Below are positions 1 through 8,227 of a stretch of DNA of 64,000 nt, piece by piece. Positions within the stretch are counted from its first letter, which is position 1. Each line of letters begins with the position of its first letter. Under the pieces are notes generated by a model that was not told where the DNA came from, made no database searches, and saw only the letters and a list, made by a program, of their open reading frames with translations. The stretch lies in sequence record PP968062.1; one strand, 5' to 3'. The position numbers and the translations under genes were made by a program.

Positions 1-1326
1 AGGGTCCCATTTAACAGTCTTCAGGGTAGCACTGTGCATCTTCTTCAGAAAGATACTCAGGAAGCGACCACCCACCCCAGCGGCAGCTGCGGGAATACCG
101 TTTGGGTTCTCAGCAAGAGCTTTACCTGCACAAGTAGCACAGATGTTTTTGTCTCGACCAAGAATACCTTTCTCAACGTCGCGACCGGTCTTACAAGTCA
201 TTGGCCCACGAACATCGATAATATCCCCCATCAGTCCATCAATGTTTTCAGATGTAATCAGAATGGATTCCCCATTCTTAACCATCGTGTAACCGACAAG
301 TTCTTTTGCATTGAACTTATCAACACGGGTCGGAACACCGATATGAGTTTTGCAGTCCGGTTCGATAATCCGTACAGTACCAACCATTCGATAAATCGTC
401 TTAGTCGATTCACCACCCAGAGCAGTCTGAGCACCACGGCTATAGGAACCATAACGCAGAGAGTTGTTCATTACAGGCATGTGGTCTGTATCGATACCTT
501 CTTCGAGAGATTTAGAGATCAACTCAACAGAAGTACCATCAGAGAACGGAGATTCACCACCAAATAAATAGTGAACTTTCTTACGGACACCACCGAAGAG
601 CTTAGCGTGTTTAGCATCGTAGAATTCATACGACTCGTCATCAGCCAAATACCCTTCATCCAGCTTGATCAGTTCGTTACCGATCTTAGCCACGATGGCT
701 GGATCAGTAAGCTGGTCTTTATACTGTTCCAGAAGAGCAGCACGGACCTTATCGCGATCAGGGTGGGCAGTCATCGACTTACGAGTTACCGACGTCACAA
801 GGCTGTCTGCATACGCAGGAATAGCCAAGCAATGGTCAGCGAACATTAGATACTGCCAAACATAGATCTTACCGTCAGGAGCACGTTCAGTAACGTTACC
901 ATCCTCACGGTCATCGATCATTCGGTCCAGGAGTTCGTTCTCAATCTTGGACGGACTGAAATAGCCAGTCTGGAATGGGAAGATATCTCCGAAAGGAATT
1001 ACCAAGCAAAGGTAGTTAACGAATACGTTACCATAGGTAGTGCGTACAGGCTCGGTACCTTTATAGTTCTCGATTTCACCCGGTTGAAGGATGAATTCAT
1101 CGCGGAAGTGCAGAGGTGCACGTCCTTCAATGTAATCTTCGATGTAGATCTTTTCATCGCCATTAGGCATGTAGAACCACATCCGCCCTTCACCGAAGTG
1201 GGGCTTGTACGGCATGTCGGGAACGTCGTCATTATTAAGAACAACGTTGAACAAACTGTTCATCCAAGCACGCTTCTTACAGAGACCAGCTTTGATCCCT
1301 AAAAGGAAATAGTCACGCAGTTTCAT
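1..1326 (-). CDS. Virion RNA polymerase beta-prime C-terminal subunit (phiKZ gp80-like), 3'-truncated by the window edge
   Basis: Not in the ORF track because it runs off the edge. Manual translation gives 442 open codons from ATG 1326 (MKLRDYFLLGIKAGLCKKRAWM...). It has the beta-prime Zn-site cysteines (PDCKT, RGPMTCK, NICATCAG) followed by GGRFLSIFLKKMH. Confidence 0.85.
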   Translation of the reverse strand, partial: MKLRDYFLLGIKAGLCKKRAWMNSLFNVVLNNDDVPDMPYKPHFGEGRMWFYMPNGDEKIYIEDYIEGRAPLHFRDEFILQPGEIENYKGTEPVRTTYGNVFVNYLCLVIPFGDIFPFQTGYFSPSKIENELLDRMIDDREDGNVTERAPDGKIYVWQYLMFADHCLAIPAYADSLVTSVTRKSMTAHPDRDKVRAALLEQYKDQLTDPAIVAKIGNELIKLDEGYLADDESYEFYDAKHAKLFGGVRKKVHYLFGGESPFSDGTSVELISKSLEEGIDTDHMPVMNNSLRYGSYSRGAQTALGGESTKTIYRMVGTVRIIEPDCKTHIGVPTRVDKFNAKELVGYTMVKNGESILITSENIDGLMGDIIDVRGPMTCKTGRDVEKGILGRDKNICATCAGKALAENPNGIPAAAAGVGGRFLSIFLKKMHSATLKTVKWDP

Positions 1327-2197
1327 TTAGCTGCCCCATTTTGATTTCGATCTCACGGATCTCACGTTCCATAATCATTCGTTCCATGTCGTTCTCAGTG
1401 TATTCATCGAGAGACATCTTGACAGTACGGAAGATACCATCCAGGGGAAGATCGGAGAAGAATGCCAGGCCAACCATTTCATAGGCTGCTGCTTGAGCAC
1501 CTTTATTATCGAGTGAGTCCATGCTACTGGTCAGGAGTTCTAGCCAAGGACGACCGATACGCATACCTGCATTAGAGAGTTCCAGAACCATACTGAACTT
1601 ATCACGACCCAGAGTAGATAGGAGACGGTTCAGTACACGGATACGAGATACAGGTGCGGTATATTCATCGACATGACCACGAGTCATCATTGTATCCTGA
1701 ACGAGTCCTTTCAAAGCCTCAACAAACGATACAGATACTTCTTGAATCAATGGCCACATCTCATCAAAAGATTGACGTTCAAACATTGGTACAAGATGAG
1801 CAAGGATCTCTTCATTATCGAAGTCTCCTTGTAGGATCAATTCAATCTGATCCGGAAGAATATAGTGAGGTATGCCCAAGATGGTACGAACTACAGCAAG
1901 ACGTTGTTCTTGAGTAGCTTCATCCGATACCTTAATTTCATGGGCAGCCAGGACTTGATCATGTGCCACACGAATGATGTCGTCGATACGACCGAGTAAC
2001 ATCATTGTGTCAGCATAGTCATCCGCAATCGAACAGACTGTATGCAGTTCATCCAGAGCTGCCGAGTAATCCATTTCCTCTAGGGAAGCTACACAGTCGA
2101 GCATGATTTCTTTACGTTCTTCCATCACCAGAGGAGTGAGGATACTATCAAGCATTTCTTTCATTGGAATTATCCTGTATAAATGAATATCTAACAT
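1313..2197 (-). CDS. Conserved hypothetical protein, possibly virion-associated (phiKZ gp79 position)
   Basis: 294 aa, acidic and helical; its stop overlaps the start of the vRNAP subunit. Identity from synteny only. Confidence 0.65.
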   Translation of the reverse strand: MLDIHLYRIIPMKEMLDSILTPLVMEERKEIMLDCVASLEEMDYSAALDELHTVCSIADDYADTMMLLGRIDDIIRVAHDQVLAAHEIKVSDEATQEQRLAVVRTILGIPHYILPDQIELILQGDFDNEEILAHLVPMFERQSFDEMWPLIQEVSVSFVEALKGLVQDTMMTRGHVDEYTAPVSRIRVLNRLLSTLGRDKFSMVLELSNAGMRIGRPWLELLTSSMDSLDNKGAQAAAYEMVGLAFFSDLPLDGIFRTVKMSLDEYTENDMERMIMEREIREIEIKMGQLNETA

Positions 2198-2288
2198 ACG
2201 GTTAGGTTGCTGGTATTCTTTATAAACCGTGAAAAGTTACGTTTCCTGTTACATCTATGTTACTACACTATTTCCCAATGGAGCTTCA

Positions 2289-2885
2289 ATGACTAAGTTT
2301 AGTGAAATGCCGTTTAATCTGATGGACACTGCACATCATCCAAAGCCTACTCCTGAAGATGAAGCGAGACTCTCTGAAGCCCTTGATAAAATCTTTTCCC
2401 GTAATCCGCAAATGGAGCACAATCAAATGACCGCACTAACCCCGAAAGAACAACTGGACCAAGCAGTAGAAGCCTCCGCAGTTGCTGCTCAACAACTGAT
2501 AAAAGAAGATGGCTGGGCTATCCTTCGTGAACTGTATCGCGAGACGGCTATTGCCCTCAACGCTACCTCTATTGTTGTTCTCCCGGCTTTGGACCGTCGT
2601 GAAGAAATCCTGGGCAAACTCAGTGATCCTGAAGGCTTCTCGAAAGACCTGCAAAACTGCATGGCTGACGTTGAGCAGATGATCAACGCCCTGGGAGCTC
2701 TTCGTGTTCTTCATGTAGACAAAACTGGTATTCCGGAACTGGCTGATCTCGATCTGATCGGTAAGCTAACTCTGGGCTATGCAAATCTCCAACACAAGAT
2801 CGAAACAGGTGTTCAGCCTCTGCTGCTGGCTCTGGTCGCCAAAATGCAAGAAGCTGGTGTAGACACTGTTTCCTTCGTGAAATAA
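2289..2885 (+). CDS. Hypothetical alpha-helical protein
   Basis: ORF track 2229..2885; GGAG at 2280 favours ATG 2289 (198 aa). Confidence 0.7.
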   Translation: MTKFSEMPFNLMDTAHHPKPTPEDEARLSEALDKIFSRNPQMEHNQMTALTPKEQLDQAVEASAVAAQQLIKEDGWAILRELYRETAIALNATSIVVLPALDRREEILGKLSDPEGFSKDLQNCMADVEQMINALGALRVLHVDKTGIPELADLDLIGKLTLGYANLQHKIETGVQPLLLALVAKMQEAGVDTVSFVK

Positions 2886-2896
2886 GGTAATACAAA

Positions 2897-4498
2897 ATGC
2901 AAGAGCTTGATATGGATAAAGAAGACAATTACCCAGCTGAGGGTAATTGGGAACAACAAGCTGGTGCAGCAGAACAGGGACCTACGGGTCCCACTCTGCC
3001 AGATGCCCCTGCTTCGGAAGAAGTAGCCTCTACTCCTCCTCCGGAACTTCCTCCTCTGGATATCGATCAGAAGGAAGTAAGTTTTACTGAATCTCGTAAG
3101 TGCTTCAGTGAGGCAATTCCTGGTTCCGCCTCTCTGATGAGTTTCATCCTTGAAAATCCCATCACCTTCAACAAAGTTCTGGAACGCCACAGTGCTCTCC
3201 TGAACGGAATGCAACAAGGTGATCTTACCACTACTAATAGCGATCGCGATTGGCTGATCTCTCTGGTGTCTGGTATGAACCACACCAACCTTGACCCGAC
3301 TCCTATCGGCGGCACTGAACGTCAAGGTTCTCACTGGCAACAAGGTATCTCGGCTCACGATGGTGACAATCTGATTCGTCCGGGTCGTCCTTCTCAGAAG
3401 ATCGATCGTAATAAACGTCACAGCAAAGAAGAGCTCCTGGCTTACCTAGCTAAGAAGTCTGGTCTGGGTGCTACCTACGAAGCATTTATGCCTCGTTCTG
3501 GTATCTGGCTGCGCCTGCGTGCTCCGACTCTCTCTGAAGTCGTAGCTCTGCAAACCGAGATGCAACAAGTTAAACTGCGTCTGGGTATGCAAACCAAAGG
3601 CATGTCGTTCTCGAACGCTGGTTCCGTAATGATGGACGCAATGACTAACCTGGCTCTGTCCTGTGTTATTGCTTCTAACAAGTCTTACGTAACTCCGTCT
3701 GACCTGGAACACGAACTGTCGATCTTCGACGAAGCACTGTTGCACCACGCACTAGCTTCTACCATGTACATCGATGGTTTCAACTACGACGTACCGTGTA
3801 TCGCTGATCCGGATAACTGTACCGCTCGCATCACTGCTAAGCTGAACATGTCTTCGATCGTTTGGTTCGATAACACTGTATTCAGTACTGAACAACGTAA
3901 GTTCATCGCTAAGAAATTTGCACCTGCTACTGATGAAGACTTCAAAGCTTATCGTGAAGGCTTTGGTATCGGTGGTAAGCGAGTGTTCTGGTTCGGTGAC
4001 ATCGGTGTTCGTCTGGCTATCCCGACCATCGCTCAACGTAAGATGGCTGCTTCCCAGTGGTCTCAGACTCTGATCGAAATGTCTCAAGGTACTTTCAACG
4101 AGCCACCTCATGGCATACAGCGTTCTGCTTACATTGATAAGCTGAGCAAAGCTACCATCGCTATGCAATACGCTCACTGGGTCGATGCTATCTACGAGAA
4201 AGACGATGAAGTAGAAGACTTTGACGACCAACTGATTTCCGATGATGAAGAGATCATTAGTGACTATCTGGCGAATACCTTGAGTGACCCTCAGTACTCC
4301 GATGACTTCTTTGAATCGGTTCATGAATACACTAACTCCTGTGTACTCGCAATCGTTGCTCTGCCTTCGCATAACTGCAAGCAGTGCAAAGGTCCTCAAG
4401 GCCAGGCATTCAACGAACGATTCCCGCACCTTGTACCGCTCGATCTGATGGCAATATTTTTCACGTTGGCGGGCCAGAAAGCCAAGCACCTGGAGTAA
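2897..4498 (+). CDS. Conserved protein resembling T4 gp26/gp51-like baseplate-hub or tail-assembly proteins
   Basis: 533 aa, AAGGT RBS. Pattern YEAFMPRSGIWLRLRAPT...CV...FDEALL...YDVPC...C...KLNM and a C-terminal CKQC...IFF resemble that family (pattern recall). Confidence 0.5.
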   Translation: MQELDMDKEDNYPAEGNWEQQAGAAEQGPTGPTLPDAPASEEVASTPPPELPPLDIDQKEVSFTESRKCFSEAIPGSASLMSFILENPITFNKVLERHSALLNGMQQGDLTTTNSDRDWLISLVSGMNHTNLDPTPIGGTERQGSHWQQGISAHDGDNLIRPGRPSQKIDRNKRHSKEELLAYLAKKSGLGATYEAFMPRSGIWLRLRAPTLSEVVALQTEMQQVKLRLGMQTKGMSFSNAGSVMMDAMTNLALSCVIASNKSYVTPSDLEHELSIFDEALLHHALASTMYIDGFNYDVPCIADPDNCTARITAKLNMSSIVWFDNTVFSTEQRKFIAKKFAPATDEDFKAYREGFGIGGKRVFWFGDIGVRLAIPTIAQRKMAASQWSQTLIEMSQGTFNEPPHGIQRSAYIDKLSKATIAMQYAHWVDAIYEKDDEVEDFDDQLISDDEEIISDYLANTLSDPQYSDDFFESVHEYTNSCVLAIVALPSHNCKQCKGPQGQAFNERFPHLVPLDLMAIFFTLAGQKAKHLE

Positions 4499-4563
4499 TC
4501 AACGAGGACCCCCGTCATAGTCGTCTGACAATTAACTTGGATGACTATAACGGGCACGTCACA

Positions 4564-4959
4564 ATGAACTCTTTCGGTCGTAGGACATCTAACGGTAAGA
4601 GTGCATTCGATGAACTCGTGCGGACGCTAGGAGCCGTAAGGCCAGTTATCGCTGAGATGATGACGCGCAAGGCTTATCATAAAGACTATGGTATTTTCGA
4701 TCACGATTCAGATGAAGCAGATCCTTTGGACTTGGTTCGCCTGCATCCTAAAGAAAACATCATTGAAGGTGGACCTGAGCGTACTTGGATTCGTAAATTC
4801 GTTAACTACAAGATCAATGAGATCTACGGAGTGTCGTTATTAGACTTCTTCGAGATTCCATTTAACCATTGCCTGTTTATGGTTGAACTCGCTGAGTCAA
4901 AAGCTCTGCAAGGTAGTATTCAGGCTAGACAGCTTGAGAAAGATCTTGGACTGAAATAA
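4564..4959 (+). CDS. Hypothetical protein; possible -1 frameshift extension of the upstream gene (tail assembly chaperone GT-like)
   Basis: The frame is open from 4384 and is -1 relative to 2897..4498. The in-frame ATG at 4564 has no clear SD. C-terminal motif INEIYGVSLLDFFEIP. Confidence 0.6.
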   Translation: MNSFGRRTSNGKSAFDELVRTLGAVRPVIAEMMTRKAYHKDYGIFDHDSDEADPLDLVRLHPKENIIEGGPERTWIRKFVNYKINEIYGVSLLDFFEIPFNHCLFMVELAESKALQGSIQARQLEKDLGLK

Positions 4960-4977
4960 AAAAAAAATAAGGCATAC

Positions 4978-4999
4978 GCCCTCTCCCGAAGGAGAGGGC
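4978..4999. terminator. Hairpin terminator between convergent genes
   Basis: GCCCTCTCC-CGAA-GGAGAGGGC; the A10 run at 4958-4967 gives a minus-strand U-tract. Confidence 0.85.
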
Positions 5000-5010
5000 T
5001 ATATGTCGTC

Positions 5011-5250
5011 TTACACTTGCGCTTCGATCATCATGAAAAGACCACCCAAGAAGAGGGTTAACAACGCAACGATTGCAGCGCCCCACATGAGGACAGTGCA
5101 GATTGTGTTGATACGGTCCAACATGATTCGATCTTTCTTGGGTAGACGAGTACGACGGATATCGTCATCGTCTTTCACCAGTTTGGCTACAAACAAAGAG
5201 CCTGCAATAACTGCAAGCGCGATCCACCAGACGAGCATGATGGCTTCCAT
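5011..5250 (-). CDS. Small membrane protein (2 TM)
   Basis: 79 aa, two hydrophobic segments flanking a charged loop; AGGAG RBS. Confidence 0.7.
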   Translation of the reverse strand: MEAIMLVWWIALAVIAGSLFVAKLVKDDDDIRRTRLPKKDRIMLDRINTICTVLMWGAAIVALLTLFLGGLFMMIEAQV

Positions 5251-5263
5251 GATGAACTCCTTG

Positions 5264-5524
5264 TTACTTCATAAACATCCAGGGTGGCATCTGTAGCGTC
5301 GTGTAGACACTAACCAAAGCCGTGAGGAGAAGCACTAGGTAAATAGCAAAGCTAATAGCCCAGCTAACACAGAGGAACATACAGAAGTACTTCCAATTGG
5401 GAAGCCACTTGCATACGCCCATTACGAACAGCCATGACACGATATAACCAATCAGGAACATCAGTCCTGGGAAGCTAATCGTAGCGTAGATAAAGGCAAT
5501 TGGGTTGGTGAACATCAGATCCAT
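5264..5524 (-). CDS. Small membrane protein (2-3 TM)
   Basis: 86 aa, almost entirely hydrophobic; AGGG RBS. Confidence 0.7.
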   Translation of the reverse strand: MDLMFTNPIAFIYATISFPGLMFLIGYIVSWLFVMGVCKWLPNWKYFCMFLCVSWAISFAIYLVLLLTALVSVYTTLQMPPWMFMK

Positions 5525-5532
5525 GTTGGTCC

Positions 5533-5721
5533 CTATTTAGGAAGCATGTCAAAGAGATGGTATCCTGCGTAGCCTGTAACAGCGATTATGACCATTCCAA
5601 TAAGAACCGTTACGATTCTATCCGACGGGGTCTTACCGCTTGCTACAAGCCCGTAGAACGTCGTTAAGCCTCCTATCAACAACAGGGTGAAGAAGGCAAA
5701 GACTATTACGGTCCAACTCAT
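5533..5721 (-). CDS. Small membrane protein (2 TM)
   Basis: 62 aa helical-hairpin pattern; GAG RBS. Confidence 0.7.
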   Translation of the reverse strand: MSWTVIVFAFFTLLLIGGLTTFYGLVASGKTPSDRIVTVLIGMVIIAVTGYAGYHLFDMLPK

Positions 5722-5724
5722 AGG

Positions 5725-5925
5725 TCAACTCAGGAAGATGATGTAGAAGGCAGCGATCACCAGCAAGATTACCGCCAGGATTGCCGCCAGTGGACCGGAG
5801 ATATTGAAAGCTTTCGCCAACTCGATCGGCATGTGGGATGTTTTAACACCCAATGCGTGCTTCAGGCAATACACGGCGAACAGGATAATGATCAGAAAGC
5901 AGAAAACGTTAGACAGAAATGCCAT
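5725..5925 (-). CDS. Small membrane protein (2 TM)
   Basis: 66 aa; AAGGAG RBS; first gene after an early promoter. Confidence 0.7.
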   Translation of the reverse strand: MAFLSNVFCFLIIILFAVYCLKHALGVKTSHMPIELAKAFNISGPLAAILAVILLVIAAFYIIFLS

Positions 5926-5958
5926 GGTATTACTCCTTTAGAGGGGCTATATTCATTG

Positions 5959-5990
5959 TTGTAATATAGGCTTTAAACCAGTTTAAGTAC
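5959..5990 (-). promoter_or_regulatory. Early (vRNAP) promoter
   Basis: Minus strand ...TTTAAAGCC-TATATTAC-AA, core 5961-5968; matches the phiKZ early consensus TATATTAC. Confidence 0.75.
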
Positions 5991-6302
5991 ATACGACAGG
6001 TTAGCCATAGCAAACAGGGCTACTGTAAAGAACCCAAACCAACCGATGAAGTAGTAACGATAATCACGCCACCACTTGGGAGTATCATAACCATTCGGAT
6101 TGATTACAGCATTACCGATACCCAATACACAGGTCCAGATAGCTGCAACACCAGTAAGGATACTCAGCGTAGTGAACGGTAGATAAATATACGCTGCGAT
6201 AGGGATAGCAATAACCGCAACAAGAATGCAGAACATCAGGTTGGGGAAAGGAAGAGCACCGTGGGGAGCGTTTTCATAAGCGTGTTGAGAGAAAGTAGTC
6301 AT
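5973..6302 (-). CDS. Small membrane protein (about 3 TM)
   Basis: ORF track 5973..6332; AAGGA RBS favours ATG 6302 (109 aa). Confidence 0.7.
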   Translation of the reverse strand: MTTFSQHAYENAPHGALPFPNLMFCILVAVIAIPIAAYIYLPFTTLSILTGVAAIWTCVLGIGNAVINPNGYDTPKWWRDYRYYFIGWFGFFTVALFAMANLSYVLKLV

Positions 6303-6312
6303 TTCATTTTCC

Positions 6313-6585
6313 TTAGATGTTGGTAACAGCAATTACAAACAGGATCAGCGTAAAGTAAGTTAATACCAGGTAACATTTCTTTACGAACGTATGGATCAAT
6401 CGGGTCAACGCAATCTCAGAATACTCTATAGACTGCTTTATTAACGTCGGTTTGATGTTCTGTCCGGCTAAACGTAACATGTGTTTATAGTGCGCGGTTC
6501 TGTACTCCTCGCGGAGCTTCAGTTCCAATACATACATCATGACGGCTAATATCGGTGAAACAATAAGCAGGATCACAGGTGACAT
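6313..6585 (-). CDS. Small membrane protein (2 TM)
   Basis: ORF track 6313..6618; GAGG RBS favours ATG 6585; hydrophobic N- and C-termini. Confidence 0.65.
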   Translation of the reverse strand: MSPVILLIVSPILAVMMYVLELKLREEYRTAHYKHMLRLAGQNIKPTLIKQSIEYSEIALTRLIHTFVKKCYLVLTYFTLILFVIAVTNI

Positions 6586-6611
6586 TTCTCTATTTCCTCT
6601 TCGTGGCATAA

Positions 6612-6631
6612 AGCCCACCCGGAGGTGGGCT
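6612..6631 (-). terminator. Hairpin terminator after the helicase
   Basis: AGCCCACC-CGGA-GGTGGGCT. Confidence 0.75.
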
Positions 6632-6635
6632 ATGT

Positions 6636-8171
6636 TTAGTGCATGGATATACGCCGTAGCACCATCGACAATGTCTTCCCAGCGAAATGTTCTCCTTTAT
6701 TACGTGCATATCTCACGTGATGCGGTATGTTCTCGCAGACCATGTAGGTCAAACGTGGGACTACGTCAAGGAAATCTTTCAGCTTACGGAGACGACCCAG
6801 AATTTGGATGTTGTCTTTCTTCGAGTCAGTTGCTTGGAGAAGCACTACCTCACGAAGGTTAGGAATGTCTACACCTGTACCGGATGACTTAATAGTAGAC
6901 ACCGTAATGTCGTTATTAAGTAGCTGATCGTAACTACACCCAGAGACATGTCCGTTAACAGTCAAGTCAGGGAACTTAGTCTTCAGGTATTTAACCAGCT
7001 TTTCAATGAAGGCTACAGTTGCACACAGGAGGAGTAGCTTCTGACCAGGTAAGCGGTCTTTCACATACACGCCTTCTGCAATACGACCAACCATCTTGAA
7101 GTATTCATCCATCCGCTTAGGATCTTTCATCATTACTGTTTCGTAACGCGCATGGTTATACGTGTTCTTAAACGGAGTCAGATAATCCTTAGGCTTGATC
7201 TTAGGTTCGGTGTAGAGTAACCCCATGCAGTTGATGTAGACGTCGTAGTTAGGCAACCGACACATCGTCTCGGCAGGCAACATCTTGTCAATCATCTTCG
7301 TCACGTAGGCATTCCCTGTGTAGGGAGTAGCCGACAGATATATCTGCTTATTAATGTTCGAGTAAATATCGATCCGGAAGGTTAGACCTGGATCCTCTTG
7401 AATCTCGTCATTGATTTGGCAGCCTGCTTGGATTGCTTCGTGGAACCGGGGCGGTGGTACATTATACCCGAGCTCATGGAGTCGGTTTCCGTACTTCTCG
7501 AAGTTATCAAGATATGCCCGGTAGGTAGTAGAAGAGATTACAATAACGTCAATCCCTTCAAGATCGTTTTCAACGCCACGATCAATCAGTTTCTGAAGCT
7601 CGGCGGAACCAGAGATTGTGATGTATCTCTGAGCAATGTCTTTGTACGTGTTCTGGAGAGCCTCAATCCAAATACCGAAGTACTTGGGAGGAACCATCAC
7701 AACGCAACGACACATCATCGAGGCAAGGGATGCTAGACTTGTTAGGGTCTTTCCTTTACCTGTTTGTAGGTCAACTCGTGCAGAGTGTAACCAGTCCCGC
7801 AAAATGTCTTCACGGATGATTTCCTGATAATCCCGCAGTACGTATTTTTCGTACATCTCGTAGGTAGCTGCTGCTGCCTTTGGGACAGGGATATCCTCAA
7901 TCTCGACTCGTTCTCTTGGGATACCTTTGTTCTCCAGATAACCGATCAGGTCTTCTAGTGAATTTCGGTGGATATAAGTCTCTGATAGATCTTCGAAACA
8001 ACCATAGTACTTTTTCTTGAGTTCCATGATGATTCGATTACCAGGGATCTTCTTAGGTTCTTTCAAAGAAAGCCCTTCAAGAAACCCCTGCATTTTAGCG
8101 AACGTTTCCCGAGTATACCCAGATAGTCGGACACCATGCGTATAGCGCTCAGCCTTGAGTATCGGTACCAT
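6636..8171 (-). CDS. SF2 (UvsW/DExx-like) helicase (phiKZ gp75-like)
   Basis: 511 aa; Q-motif LRDYQ, Walker A QTGKGKT, DEIQE, motif III SATP, motif V SSGTGVDIP, motif VI QILGRLR. Confidence 0.9.
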   Translation of the reverse strand: MVPILKAERYTHGVRLSGYTRETFAKMQGFLEGLSLKEPKKIPGNRIIMELKKKYYGCFEDLSETYIHRNSLEDLIGYLENKGIPRERVEIEDIPVPKAAAATYEMYEKYVLRDYQEIIREDILRDWLHSARVDLQTGKGKTLTSLASLASMMCRCVVMVPPKYFGIWIEALQNTYKDIAQRYITISGSAELQKLIDRGVENDLEGIDVIVISSTTYRAYLDNFEKYGNRLHELGYNVPPPRFHEAIQAGCQINDEIQEDPGLTFRIDIYSNINKQIYLSATPYTGNAYVTKMIDKMLPAETMCRLPNYDVYINCMGLLYTEPKIKPKDYLTPFKNTYNHARYETVMMKDPKRMDEYFKMVGRIAEGVYVKDRLPGQKLLLLCATVAFIEKLVKYLKTKFPDLTVNGHVSGCSYDQLLNNDITVSTIKSSGTGVDIPNLREVVLLQATDSKKDNIQILGRLRKLKDFLDVVPRLTYMVCENIPHHVRYARNKGEHFAGKTLSMVLRRISMH

Positions 8172-8191
8172 AAAAAATCAACGAGGGGAAT

Positions 8192-8211
8192 GGGAGAGCC
8201 GAAGCTCTCCC
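8192..8211 (-). terminator. Hairpin terminator
   Basis: GGGAGAGC-CGAA-GCTCTCCC (UUCG loop on the minus strand). Confidence 0.7.
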
Positions 8212-8227
8212 AACCTCGGCCTCCAGC

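Noticed and set aside
34-1302. Short ORFs listed in the track at the left edge
   Set aside because: All overlap the 442-codon vRNAP beta-prime reading frame on the minus strand, which the track missed because it has no stop in the window.
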